From a virus: a stretch of 64,000 nt of DNA. Below the pieces are notes generated by a model. It was not told the DNA's origin, ran no database searches, and saw nothing but the letters and a program-made list of their open reading frames with translations. Below are positions 50,047-58,346 of the stretch, piece by piece (positions within the stretch are counted from its first letter, which is position 1; each line of letters begins with the position of its first letter). Position numbers and translations under genes: made by a program. The stretch covers positions 22,891 to 86,890 of the IMG/VR virus record IMGVR_UViG_3300000983_000001; one strand, 5' to 3'.

Positions 50047-50428
50047 AAATTTCCCACTCTACAACTGTAGGTTTGCAATCTAACCTTAAATGATTTGATA
50101 CGATAGTACTAATATATATCAAATCTACTTTAAAGTTTTTTGAGGGGGTTTTTTTGTCATTTACCCTTGCATAAGCTATTCTACCATTTTTTGAATTTGT
50201 AAACTTTATTACAGTATTCATTGGTAGATTAGGGTGACTACATGTGGGAAGATAATTTATCACTACCTCACCATTAGTAGTTGCTTGCTTAAAATCTTTT
50301 GTATTATAACAGAAAACCTTTGCATAATGTTTACCTACTTCTTTTTGGTAATCTTTGGCATCCGATTTAAACCAAAATAAAAATGAGATAAACAATAACA
50401 AAGTAAATAAAATATTATAGTTTTTCAT
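50009..50428 (-). CDS. RlpA-like double-psi beta-barrel protein with a signal peptide
   Basis: TTNGE, TCSHPNLPMNTVIKFTN..NGRIAYARVND and VDL match the RlpA pattern TAAHRTLPFGT.VRVTN..NG.SV.VRIND...IDLS. Confidence 0.7.
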   Translation of the reverse strand: MKNYNILFTLLLFISFLFWFKSDAKDYQKEVGKHYAKVFCYNTKDFKQATTNGEVVINYLPTCSHPNLPMNTVIKFTNSKNGRIAYARVNDKKTPSKNFKVDLIYISTIVSNHLRLDCKPTVVEWEIYENTYKIKKHER

Positions 50429-50799
50429 AATTTTTGTCTATTTAGATATTTTATGAATTTTTTTGATTTTTTCGCATTCACTTTCACCTCTTTAGCTTTT
50501 TTAAGGTTTAAAGCTGATATAATAGTTTTTAGCGGTGTTCCAAGTTTAGTTTTATCGGCTGCTGAAACTTCAATAGGATGAAAATTATTGCTGATAACTA
50601 GGTTCACCCACATCTTACTTTGAAACAAGACTGCATTACTGTTATTCCCTATCTTCATAGGTGCGTCTTGTTTAGGTATTGACTCTAATACATCTAAATA
50701 CTCTTGTTTCAAAGAACCAGAAGCTACATTTGTATTTTTGTCTCTAGTTATAGTTAAGGGAAGAAACAAGTTCCCATTTAATATAATATACTTTAACAT
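50425..50799 (-). CDS. Hypothetical protein
   Basis: 124-aa ORF with an ATGA-type overlap. Confidence 0.6.
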   Translation of the reverse strand: MLKYIILNGNLFLPLTITRDKNTNVASGSLKQEYLDVLESIPKQDAPMKIGNNSNAVLFQSKMWVNLVISNNFHPIEVSAADKTKLGTPLKTIISALNLKKAKEVKVNAKKSKKFIKYLNRQKL

Positions 50800-50805
50800 A
50801 ATGTT

Positions 50806-51030
50806 TTAGTTTGTTAAATTAAGTAATTTTTTACTGTGCATTCTCCCCAACCAAGAGCTAGTAATATCTCCCTCGAAAGATACCTCAAATTTATGGTCTT
50901 TTAACTTAGGAGGTCTTAGTTTGACTTTAGATACATTATGAAAACATAAATTAACACCTAATTCATCTATTAAATGTAAAGATGAAACTTTTTCTTGGAA
51001 TTTATTTTTTACATCTTTGTTATATGCCAT
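50806..51030 (-). CDS. Hypothetical protein
   Basis: 74-aa ORF, tightly packed. Confidence 0.55.
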   Translation of the reverse strand: MAYNKDVKNKFQEKVSSLHLIDELGVNLCFHNVSKVKLRPPKLKDHKFEVSFEGDITSSWLGRMHSKKLLNLTN

Positions 51031-51033
51031 AAT

Positions 51034-51570
51034 CTAATAGTGTGTGTGATTTAAAGGTTCGTAAATCCATGTACTTTTTCTCTCTAAACTGGATTCATCT
51101 TTAAACCATATGTTATTGTGATCGGTTTGCGTTATAAGGTTCTTATACCTTTCTTGAACTTCCTCTAACTCTCTAAACATTCTTTCGGCTTGTGATAAGA
51201 CTTTTTTGTTAACTAGAGTTATAAATTCTTCATAGGTAATTGTTTGGTCTTTTTCACAGAAACAAGGATAAAATAAATTACCCCTGCCATCAGGATAAAT
51301 TATCAATAAATATGGAATACCTATATTAGATTTTAGCCTGTTTTGAGTAGGTTGACTGAAAGTTTTATTATAAAACATCAAGAAATCCTTAGTTTTATCC
51401 CAAAGACCATCTATACCAACTTGAATACCAGCAGAAACATTTTTGTTGAGTAGTCCAAATTCGATTATCAGTCGAGCAGCATGTCTATAATCAAAATATA
51501 GTTCTGATTTACCTGTGGCAATATTATGTTGCAATATAGTTTCTAATTGTTTACTCGTATAATTTTTCAT
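51034..51570 (-). CDS. Hypothetical protein
   Basis: 178-aa ORF, tightly packed. Confidence 0.6.
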   Translation of the reverse strand: MKNYTSKQLETILQHNIATGKSELYFDYRHAARLIIEFGLLNKNVSAGIQVGIDGLWDKTKDFLMFYNKTFSQPTQNRLKSNIGIPYLLIIYPDGRGNLFYPCFCEKDQTITYEEFITLVNKKVLSQAERMFRELEEVQERYKNLITQTDHNNIWFKDESSLERKSTWIYEPLNHTHY

Positions 51571-51578
51571 ATGATAGT

Positions 51579-51683
51579 TTAGTTTAAGATTGTGATTGAA
51601 TCTTCTAAATCAGGTGTATGATTATATTTCCTATGTAACATAAAACCTTCATCGTATGGGTGAAACCCTAAGTAAGCTCTCAT
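51579..51683 (-). CDS. Small ORF (34 aa, MRAYLGFHPYDEGFMLHRKYNHTPDLEDSITILN)
   Basis: Fills the gap between two genes in the same orientation and has an A-rich leader. Not in the ORF track. Confidence 0.35.
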   Translation of the reverse strand: MRAYLGFHPYDEGFMLHRKYNHTPDLEDSITILN

Positions 51684-51698
51684 AATAAATGTTTTAAA

Positions 51699-52259
51699 TT
51701 AAACTGTTACTCCGTGAATATTTACAGCAGCATATCCTTTACTGTATTGTTTAGCAGCTTTTTTAGTTGAAAATGACTCTGTATTCATGTCACCTGTAGT
51801 ATTATCAACTCCCACATAATAACCTCCTGTAGTATCTTCTTCTCGGAAATAAGCTGAAAACTTGAAATCATCCCAATGAACATCGCTGTCAAAAGCTAAA
51901 AAATAATTAACTAAAACTTTTGCTGCTTTACCTTTAAAAATTAGAGGTAAGTTTAGATTTCTTTTTTTATGATTTGTTAGGATTAAAGGTACATTAAAAT
52001 ATTCATGAGATATTTTATTATCTTCTAAATATTCTTTTATTCGACCAGTACTATTTTCAAAAGATATAGTTATATAATTCTTTTTACTAAAATGGGGAAT
52101 ATATTTTCTCTCATGAAAGTGTGCTGTATCTTTGTGAACATAAGCTGTTTCACCTCTAATAAAATCAAGGAGTTCTAAGTACTTAGGCAACTTGTAAATT
52201 TTGTTATAGATACTTTTTGGTATAAGTATAACACCTCTATATAATAGTATGTTTTTCAT
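51699..52259 (-). CDS. Hypothetical phage protein
   Basis: C-terminal YVGVDNTTGDMNTESF block of a type recurrent in phages. Confidence 0.65.
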   Translation of the reverse strand: MKNILLYRGVILIPKSIYNKIYKLPKYLELLDFIRGETAYVHKDTAHFHERKYIPHFSKKNYITISFENSTGRIKEYLEDNKISHEYFNVPLILTNHKKRNLNLPLIFKGKAAKVLVNYFLAFDSDVHWDDFKFSAYFREEDTTGGYYVGVDNTTGDMNTESFSTKKAAKQYSKGYAAVNIHGVTV

Positions 52260-52633
52260 AGTTTATGGATTTGTTCTAGTCTTTCTGTTTCTGAAATTTG
52301 AATAGGACTAATTGGATTAAAAGGTTTTCCATTAGTATTTACAAGTGAATTTATTCTATAAAGCTTTTGAGTTACATAAACTTCTTTAAAAAATTCACGA
52401 AAAAATTTATGAAGATGTATTTCTCTTGTATAACCAGTCCATTGAGGAAAAATAAAGCTTTTTCCTACTAAGACATCATACCAAACAGTTTCCCTTTTTA
52501 TTCTAACAACTGTTTGAATGGTGAATTTTGTATTATCATCTTCGTTATTTTCTGTAAATTTATAGTCGGGGTAATAAGGTATGTTTATATTTTTCATGGT
52601 AAATTTTTTAGATATAAAATTGTTCTCGAACAC
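52256..52633 (-). CDS. Hypothetical protein
   Basis: 125-aa ORF; the real start may be the internal MKNIN. Confidence 0.55.
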   Translation of the reverse strand: MFENNFISKKFTMKNINIPYYPDYKFTENNEDDNTKFTIQTVVRIKRETVWYDVLVGKSFIFPQWTGYTREIHLHKFFREFFKEVYVTQKLYRINSLVNTNGKPFNPISPIQISETERLEQIHKL

Positions 52634-52922
52634 TTTTTAAAGCGTATGTTATTTCTCCGCAATTATAGACAGTATTTTTTAAAAGTTTTTTAATCGAAAG
52701 GTCTAATTGTGTTATAGATTTATATTTAACGCCTGACTCTCCTCTTTTAGTTTCTCTGCAATAAGTACCTTTATAAGCAGATAACATGCAAGTGTACTGT
52801 CCTTGACATACTAAATTTAAATTTAACATACCCCTGCCTTCAACAAAAACAACAACTTGTCTTTTTTCTTCATATAACTCTGATAAAGTTATATTTAAAT
52901 GAGATAAGTATTTATTTTTCAT
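52608..52922 (-). CDS. Hypothetical protein
   Basis: 104 aa; shares a motif with the C-terminus of 54326..55204. Confidence 0.6.
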   Translation of the reverse strand: MKNKYLSHLNITLSELYEEKRQVVVFVEGRGMLNLNLVCQGQYTCMLSAYKGTYCRETKRGESGVKYKSITQLDLSIKKLLKNTVYNCGEITYALKSVREQFYI

Positions 52923-52934
52923 GTTGAGTGATTT

Positions 52935-52968
52935 AAAATTAGTTGAGAAGAATTAACCCCTCAACTAA
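52935..52968 (-). terminator. Hairpin / probable terminator
   Basis: Minus strand TTAGTTGAGGGG-TTAATT-CTTCTCAACTAA followed by TTTT. Confidence 0.6.
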
Positions 52969-52983
52969 CTTGGATTGTGATAT

Positions 52984-53769
52984 TTAGAAATTTACTGTTG
53001 TGTCTACTCTACAAAATGTACCTTCGTCAGATAGAAATAATACATTGATTTTTTTACGTAAAGATTCTTGGATAACCTCTTTATTTCCTCCAGGTACTTT
53101 CAAAGTATTAAAAGCTTTATTTCTGAAAAAAGGAAAAGCATCTTTATAGGTTGTTTCGATAAAATCTTCTTTATTATCATTAATGTACTTACACAATTGC
53201 TCCACTTTTTCTTTAAGGTGTAAGATTTTATAGTATTCAATCTCTTGTCCACTAATCACTTCTTCTGCTGTCTCTGTTTTGTTTTGTGACCAGAAAGAGA
53301 TTAACGTCACTATTTTATTGTTTTCATTTGTAACTTCAACAACGGCGTGAGGTTTTAAAAGAATATCTTCACAAAAAAGTAAAGGCTTATCTAATTGGTA
53401 ATGAAGATAGGTTAAGCCAATGTTTTCTCCATATCGAGCCGTTAATCCACTAAATTCTGTGGTTTGTGTATCGAAATCAGGTTTATCTAATTTAATTGTT
53501 CGGGATTTAATATAAAAGTTGCGAGAAAATCTTTTTTTCATGTAACTCAAAGTGTAAGTTGACTCCACTTTTTCATAGTGTTTTTCTAAGGTGTTTAAAG
53601 CCTTTTTTACACTTCGACCATGATTCCTGTGCAGGTTAAAAACTTCTTTTAGAAATTTAGGAGTAAAAGTAAAACGTCCGTATCTCTTTTGCGCTTTGTT
53701 GAGAAATTGGATGTAAGTCCCTGCGGATTCTCTTGTTTTTTGCGATCTGATTTTTGTTGTATTGCTCAT
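52984..53769 (-). CDS. Hypothetical protein
   Basis: 261-aa ORF. Confidence 0.65.
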   Translation of the reverse strand: MSNTTKIRSQKTRESAGTYIQFLNKAQKRYGRFTFTPKFLKEVFNLHRNHGRSVKKALNTLEKHYEKVESTYTLSYMKKRFSRNFYIKSRTIKLDKPDFDTQTTEFSGLTARYGENIGLTYLHYQLDKPLLFCEDILLKPHAVVEVTNENNKIVTLISFWSQNKTETAEEVISGQEIEYYKILHLKEKVEQLCKYINDNKEDFIETTYKDAFPFFRNKAFNTLKVPGGNKEVIQESLRKKINVLFLSDEGTFCRVDTTVNF

Positions 53770-53783
53770 AAGTTAAATTGTAT

Positions 53784-54323
53784 TTAGTCTTTTGTTTTAA
53801 TTGGTGTTTTATAAATTAATATCATATGAAAGTTACTCTCAGTTAAAGTCTTCATAACTTTTACATATTTTTCCTCACTTTCTATTTGAAATTTAGTGTA
53901 AGAAAAATTATCCAACTGATATTTATAGCAAGTATTAGTGGAATTTTCAGATAAAAACTTAGCAACACTTTTCAAGTAAATAAGTGACATAGTTTTTACA
54001 AAAATATTCAAATTAAACTCTGAAACCAATAACTCGGTCATAGTTTGTTTATCCCACTTATTTAAAATTAACTCTTTTAAACTAAGATGCACCTGCTTTT
54101 TATGCAACCTTTGTACCGAAAAGTTAATTTTATTTGTTGGTAAAGGAAAAGGTGTTATGTTTATAAAAGGTGTTTTTGCATAACTAGATTTAAAGTCTCT
54201 ACTATGAAAACCTGTATCTGATAAAATTGTTCCAGTGTAAGTCCAACCCCCTTTCTGATTAAAAGTTTCCACAGTTTCAATCTCAATTGTACCAAACATT
54301 TTAGATTTAAATGTTGTTTTCAT
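53784..54323 (-). CDS. Hypothetical protein
   Basis: 179-aa ORF. Confidence 0.65.
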   Translation of the reverse strand: MKTTFKSKMFGTIEIETVETFNQKGGWTYTGTILSDTGFHSRDFKSSYAKTPFINITPFPLPTNKINFSVQRLHKKQVHLSLKELILNKWDKQTMTELLVSEFNLNIFVKTMSLIYLKSVAKFLSENSTNTCYKYQLDNFSYTKFQIESEEKYVKVMKTLTESNFHMILIYKTPIKTKD

Positions 54324-54325
54324 GT

Positions 54326-55204
54326 TTACTTTTTTTTGTGAATATAAAACTCTGGATTATTAAATTTACATTCTTTGATTAAACTGTTTAAGCCTTTTTG
54401 AACACCAGATAAAGTTTTATACTTTTCTCTTTTTTGACCTTTAATGGTTCTTTTGTAGATATTTTCACCCCAAGAAGCTAAAGTAAAATCAAAACCTGAA
54501 TGATCTATTACATTCAAAGAAAAAGTATAAACTGAATCAGAAAATCTGATCTTAACCTCTGCTTCACCTTCATATAACTCTTTCAGATTTGTATTGTAAT
54601 ATTTAAAAGCTCCTATTAATGTAGGAAAAAGCTTAACAAGATTTAAACCTTTACTGTTTTCAAAATAGCATGTATTGGTGGCATAATACTTAGGTAACAA
54701 AAGTTCGATAATATCTGTTTTATCATCAGGTTGATAAACAACCAAATCTCCAAAATGAATGTAACTTTTTAATATGCCTAAATCTAAAAGAGCAGCTATG
54801 ATATTTTCTCCCTCTGGTATTTTTTGCTCTATACCAAATATTAAGCCTTCAACTCCTTCTTTAAGTAGTGGGAATGTGTCTTCAATATCTTTTTTAAGAT
54901 TCTTAAAAGGTAAGTGTTCTTCTAAAATATATGGCGGATCATAATATATAGAACTTTTATAGGCTTTTACTCCTCTTATTTCAAGTAACATTAAAGCACC
55001 TAACAGTTCAGTGAAATTTTCAAAAATAAATCTAAGTTGGTTTTTAGCTTCATAGAGAGGTTTATTTGTTTTAAACGTAGATTTATCTTTAAGTGCTTCA
55101 AAGACCTTAGAAAGAAGTTTATCCTGATTTAAAGCGTTACTGTGAAATAAAAGATGGTGGTTTGAACCAATATAATAAACTTGATATTGATGTTTACTTT
55201 TCAT
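54326..55204 (-). CDS. Hypothetical protein
   Basis: 292-aa ORF. Confidence 0.65.
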   Translation of the reverse strand: MKSKHQYQVYYIGSNHHLLFHSNALNQDKLLSKVFEALKDKSTFKTNKPLYEAKNQLRFIFENFTELLGALMLLEIRGVKAYKSSIYYDPPYILEEHLPFKNLKKDIEDTFPLLKEGVEGLIFGIEQKIPEGENIIAALLDLGILKSYIHFGDLVVYQPDDKTDIIELLLPKYYATNTCYFENSKGLNLVKLFPTLIGAFKYYNTNLKELYEGEAEVKIRFSDSVYTFSLNVIDHSGFDFTLASWGENIYKRTIKGQKREKYKTLSGVQKGLNSLIKECKFNNPEFYIHKKK

Positions 55205-55209
55205 GTCAG

Positions 55210-55455
55210 TTATTTTTTAAGGTTATTTTTTAAGGTTATTACAGGTAGTACTGTATAAGTATTTAAACTAAATTTACTAAAGCTTAATTTATCTACAATA
55301 GCGGTTACTGCTTCCTCAAACGTATCAAAACCTGCTCCACCATTTAAATAAATAATTTCTATTTGTTTTGGGTGTTTTTTGTATCCTTCTGAGTTATGTA
55401 ATTTTGAACCAGAGGTAAAGCCAGTGATTACCTTATATACAAAATATTTTAACAT
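55210..55455 (-). CDS. Hypothetical protein
   Basis: Start placed at MLKYF (55455) to remove the overlap with the upstream gene ending at 55460. Confidence 0.55.
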   Translation of the reverse strand: MLKYFVYKVITGFTSGSKLHNSEGYKKHPKQIEIIYLNGGAGFDTFEEAVTAIVDKLSFSKFSLNTYTVLPVITLKNNLKK

Positions 55456-55459
55456 GATT

Positions 55460-56197
55460 TTAAGGTTTAGTTTGTTTAATTTCTTTTTTATCAATATAAA
55501 AGGTTTCATCTTTTTTCTTGACTGTTGCGACATAGCTACCACCAACTCCACTTGCAGGATCAAAACCTATTTTATACTCTACCTTAGTTTTACGGATTGA
55601 ATTTAAATCTGTTGTGAAATAATGAAAGTCTTTTTTATCTTTCTTGTAGTCGTAACTCACTGTTGGGTGTATTAAAGAGATAGCAGTGCCAAGTTTAGTC
55701 CCATTAGCTTCTGTTAATACCCACTCACATAATCGTTTATTGCCTTTATTGTCGATAAGGACAATCAACTCACCATCGGGAGGCAAGTTTTTAAAGGTAA
55801 TTTTTCTGAAACCAATGTATTCTAATAAATGTTTTCTTTCTTTAGGAAAATTTTCTATCTGTAATTTCAGTTCCTTTTCTTTTTGATGAACCGATTTAAT
55901 TGTGGTCAACAAATTAAAATAAGCAGGGATGACAACCGAATCAGGTTTATCTTTGTTGTTTTTTAACTTTAAGGTTGAAAAATGAATACCCATGTACTTA
56001 GATAATTCTTCAAATAAACTTTCTCTTGTTATAGGATTTTTGTCTACTGTATCTAAAATAGTTTGTCCATAAGTATCAAAAGAATAATTCATCTTTAAGG
56101 GACTCTGTTCAACAAAAGATGTAAATTTTTCGTTAACTTCTTTACATAAAAGTAATTCACCATTTTTATGCAAGTAATATTTATTACGTTTAAACAT
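55460..56197 (-). CDS. Hypothetical protein
   Basis: 245-aa ORF. Confidence 0.65.
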   Translation of the reverse strand: MFKRNKYYLHKNGELLLCKEVNEKFTSFVEQSPLKMNYSFDTYGQTILDTVDKNPITRESLFEELSKYMGIHFSTLKLKNNKDKPDSVVIPAYFNLLTTIKSVHQKEKELKLQIENFPKERKHLLEYIGFRKITFKNLPPDGELIVLIDNKGNKRLCEWVLTEANGTKLGTAISLIHPTVSYDYKKDKKDFHYFTTDLNSIRKTKVEYKIGFDPASGVGGSYVATVKKKDETFYIDKKEIKQTKP

Positions 56198-56202
56198 ATC
56201 AG

Positions 56203-56721
56203 TTATTTTAGGTAATTTTTTATTTCAATTATTTGATCTTCACTAAGTTTTTTGGTAATCAAAGTTGTTGGGATACTGTAACTGTAAATAGTTTGATATA
56301 AATTAACAATATCTGAGTGATACTTTGCTTCAACTTTATCTAAATGAGGTAATAAATCATCAACTTTCAAAAAATCTTTTAGTGGTATTTCTGAAACATG
56401 TAATAGTGATTTCTCTTCTTGGTTAACCCAAATTACCTCTTTAGCATTTAAACTATAAGCCCATGTTGTAGTTTTATTGTTTCCAAAAAGTTTGATGATA
56501 TGTGATATAGTCTCATCTCCTTTTATTACTCTAAATTCCTTCAAATCGTTTGTTTGAAAAATTAAAGAGGTTAAAGGATAACCTTTTAAAATCATATCTA
56601 GTATTTCAGTCTTCACCGATATAAAAGGAGGTAGGTTATTCTTTTTTTGGTAGCCAAAATTTAATTTTTTACCTTCGTATTTTTCTACTAGCTGTTTTAT
56701 ACTAATTTTTTTAAGTATCAT
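56203..56721 (-). CDS. DUF262 (GmrSD N-terminal / ParB-like) domain protein with a degenerate active site
   Basis: YQ...ILDMILKGYPLTSLIF...FRVIKGDETISHI matches DUF262 FQR...LIDSIL.GYPIP.I....VIDGQQRLT, but DGQQR is replaced by KGDET. Confidence 0.55.
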   Translation of the reverse strand: MILKKISIKQLVEKYEGKKLNFGYQKKNNLPPFISVKTEILDMILKGYPLTSLIFQTNDLKEFRVIKGDETISHIIKLFGNNKTTTWAYSLNAKEVIWVNQEEKSLLHVSEIPLKDFLKVDDLLPHLDKVEAKYHSDIVNLYQTIYSYSIPTTLITKKLSEDQIIEIKNYLK

Positions 56722-56757
56722 TTGAGTATGTTTTAGGTTAGGTTTTAAGGTAAGAAA

Positions 56758-57029
56758 AACTGTGTAGTGTGCTTTATGTTGGTTCTGCCCTTTTCGGGGA
56801 GATATGCCGTTCCATTTGGAGGCTCTTGTGACCTTTTTATCTAACCTAAAGGATTTTTAAGATCAATTAGGCGGTCATGTGCTTTAGCGCACGGTATTCT
56901 TGATTCTTACACCAAAAATCAAGTTCTTCATTTCCTCTACACAGTTAAAAATACTTACCAGTTACTAGGTTCGGTCTAATAATAAGCGACCGAAAGATGC
57001 TGCTCTATGGGTTGGCTGCAAACTGGTAA
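56758..57029 (-). ncRNA. Candidate structured RNA (two closed multibranch domains), family not recognised
   Basis: GC-enriched intergenic region. Closing stems TTACCAGTT/AACTGGTAA (57021-57029 with 56955-56963) and AACTGTGTAG/CTACACAGTT (56937-56946 with 56758-56767), plus six or more internal hairpins. Confidence 0.6.
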
Positions 57030-57077
57030 ATTGTGGTTACATGAACAAAATAACAAAAAGTTATCAGTTTAACAAAT

Positions 57078-57584
57078 TTAAACCTGTAAAAGTTTATTGT
57101 AAAGATCACAAGCTTCTTTTTTAGGTAAACTATATTTAGCAAAAGCATGATCTGATTCTGCTGACTTGCACAGTTTTTCATTAAAATAACCATCAAAACA
57201 ATAAAAGTTTTTATCTCCATGATTATATACTTCTAGTCTATAAGTATGACAAGTAAATTCTATTCCACTTTTAGTTTCAAAATGTAAAAACTTATCTATT
57301 GAAAACAGTTTTTCAAATTGATCTACAGTTAATTTTGCTTCAACTTTTTTAAAGTCTTTTAATGAAACTTTAATCTGACCAGATTCTTCACCTATTAAAG
57401 CGTGTTGTTTATCTTCAAAAACTGCACTAACAAGAAATTTTTTACCTTTCATTCCTGGATAACCTATACCATAAGATTGAATAATATCTCCTTTAATAAT
57501 TTCAGCCTTATTTAAGTTTAGATACCAAAGGATTAATTTTCTAACCCAATTTGGTAAACACCAACTGTTTATATATTTAAGCAT
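57078..57584 (-). CDS. Hypothetical protein
   Basis: 168-aa ORF. Confidence 0.65.
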   Translation of the reverse strand: MLKYINSWCLPNWVRKLILWYLNLNKAEIIKGDIIQSYGIGYPGMKGKKFLVSAVFEDKQHALIGEESGQIKVSLKDFKKVEAKLTVDQFEKLFSIDKFLHFETKSGIEFTCHTYRLEVYNHGDKNFYCFDGYFNEKLCKSAESDHAFAKYSLPKKEACDLYNKLLQV

Positions 57585-57588
57585 AATA

Positions 57589-57954
57589 TCAATTTAAGTT
57601 TTGTAAACGATAAAATAATTCTCTCGCAAATTGTTCAGGTAAAGCATAAGTATCTCCATATTTATCTTCGTATTCTTTTATTAAAGGGTGTTCCATTTCA
57701 AAAATAAATACAGGTTTATCTTTATCAGATTCAAAAATACTTATTTCAAATAACATACCATTAGAAAAAGAAACTTCTCTAAAAATACCACCTAAAAAAT
57801 AATCTGGTCTATCCTCTTCACCTTTGAAATCAGCTTCCCAATCAAGTTCGGGCTGTTTAATGGTATCTCTGAGTATTTTGTCGTAATCTGAGTAGATGTT
57901 ATCTATTAGTTCTGTAAAAATTAAATCTTTATATTTCATAATATGATTAACCAT
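57589..57954 (-). CDS. Hypothetical acidic protein
   Basis: 121-aa ORF; the real start may be the internal MKYKD. Confidence 0.6.
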   Translation of the reverse strand: MVNHIMKYKDLIFTELIDNIYSDYDKILRDTIKQPELDWEADFKGEEDRPDYFLGGIFREVSFSNGMLFEISIFESDKDKPVFIFEMEHPLIKEYEDKYGDTYALPEQFARELFYRLQNLN

Positions 57955-57968
57955 TTAAAAATGATGTG

Positions 57969-58127
57969 TTAATGATTTGTTTTTCTAAGTAACTGTGTCC
58001 CAAAAAAGTCACTTTTAGCTGAAACATAAGCATGTTCTACACTACTATAAATATAACCTTTATAAAGTATATTTACTGGTGTGAAATTACTTAGCCACCT
58101 ATGTTCACCTTGAAATTCTTTAATCAT
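57969..58127 (-). pseudogene. Truncated NADAR/YbiA-family gene (52 aa)
   Basis: MIKEFQGEHRWLSNFTPVNILYKGYIYSSVEHAYVSAK matches the NADAR N-terminus (F.G...LSNF.P..I...G..Y.SVEH.Y.A.K), then stops. Not in the ORF track. Confidence 0.75.
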
Positions 58128-58245
58128 CAGTTATTGAATTTATAAGTAAAAAATTAAATATAACATAAAATAATTAAGTTTATGTTTTTTATAGTTTTAA
58201 TGCAGTAAATTTGGGGATTTTTTAGGTTTTTGAGGGGTTGAAAAG

Positions 58246-58341
58246 GGGTTAGTGTCCAAAGTACACTAAGCTTAACGTAATAAATACACTAAGCTTAACG
58301 TAATAAATACACTAACCTTAGTGTAAAACTGACACTAACCC
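58246..58341. repeat. 23-bp-period direct repeats with inverted copies (iteron/origin-like)
   Basis: TACACTAAGCTTAACGTAATAAA twice (58262-58307). ACACTAA at 58263, 58286, 58309 and 58332; inverted TTAGTGT at 58249 and 58318; flanking inverted repeat GGGTTAGTGTC/GACACTAACCC. Confidence 0.85.
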
Positions 58342-58346
58342 TAATA

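Noticed and set aside
31154-55886. Plus-strand ORFs within the minus-strand operons (31154, 32071, 38776, 39833, 43693, 46639, 47603, 55379, 55686)
   Set aside because: They are antisense shadows of well-supported genes, with no motifs.
56758-57029. tRNA, tmRNA or hammerhead identity for the structured RNA
   Set aside because: No cloverleaf with a TTC loop, no tmRNA-type ends, and no CUGANGA/GAAA core.
57005-57220. 71-aa minus-strand ORF
   Set aside because: It overlaps the real 57078..57584 gene in another frame and runs into the structured RNA.
58262-58341. Possible mini-CRISPR array
   Set aside because: The repeat units are contiguous with no unique spacers, and there are no cas genes in the window.
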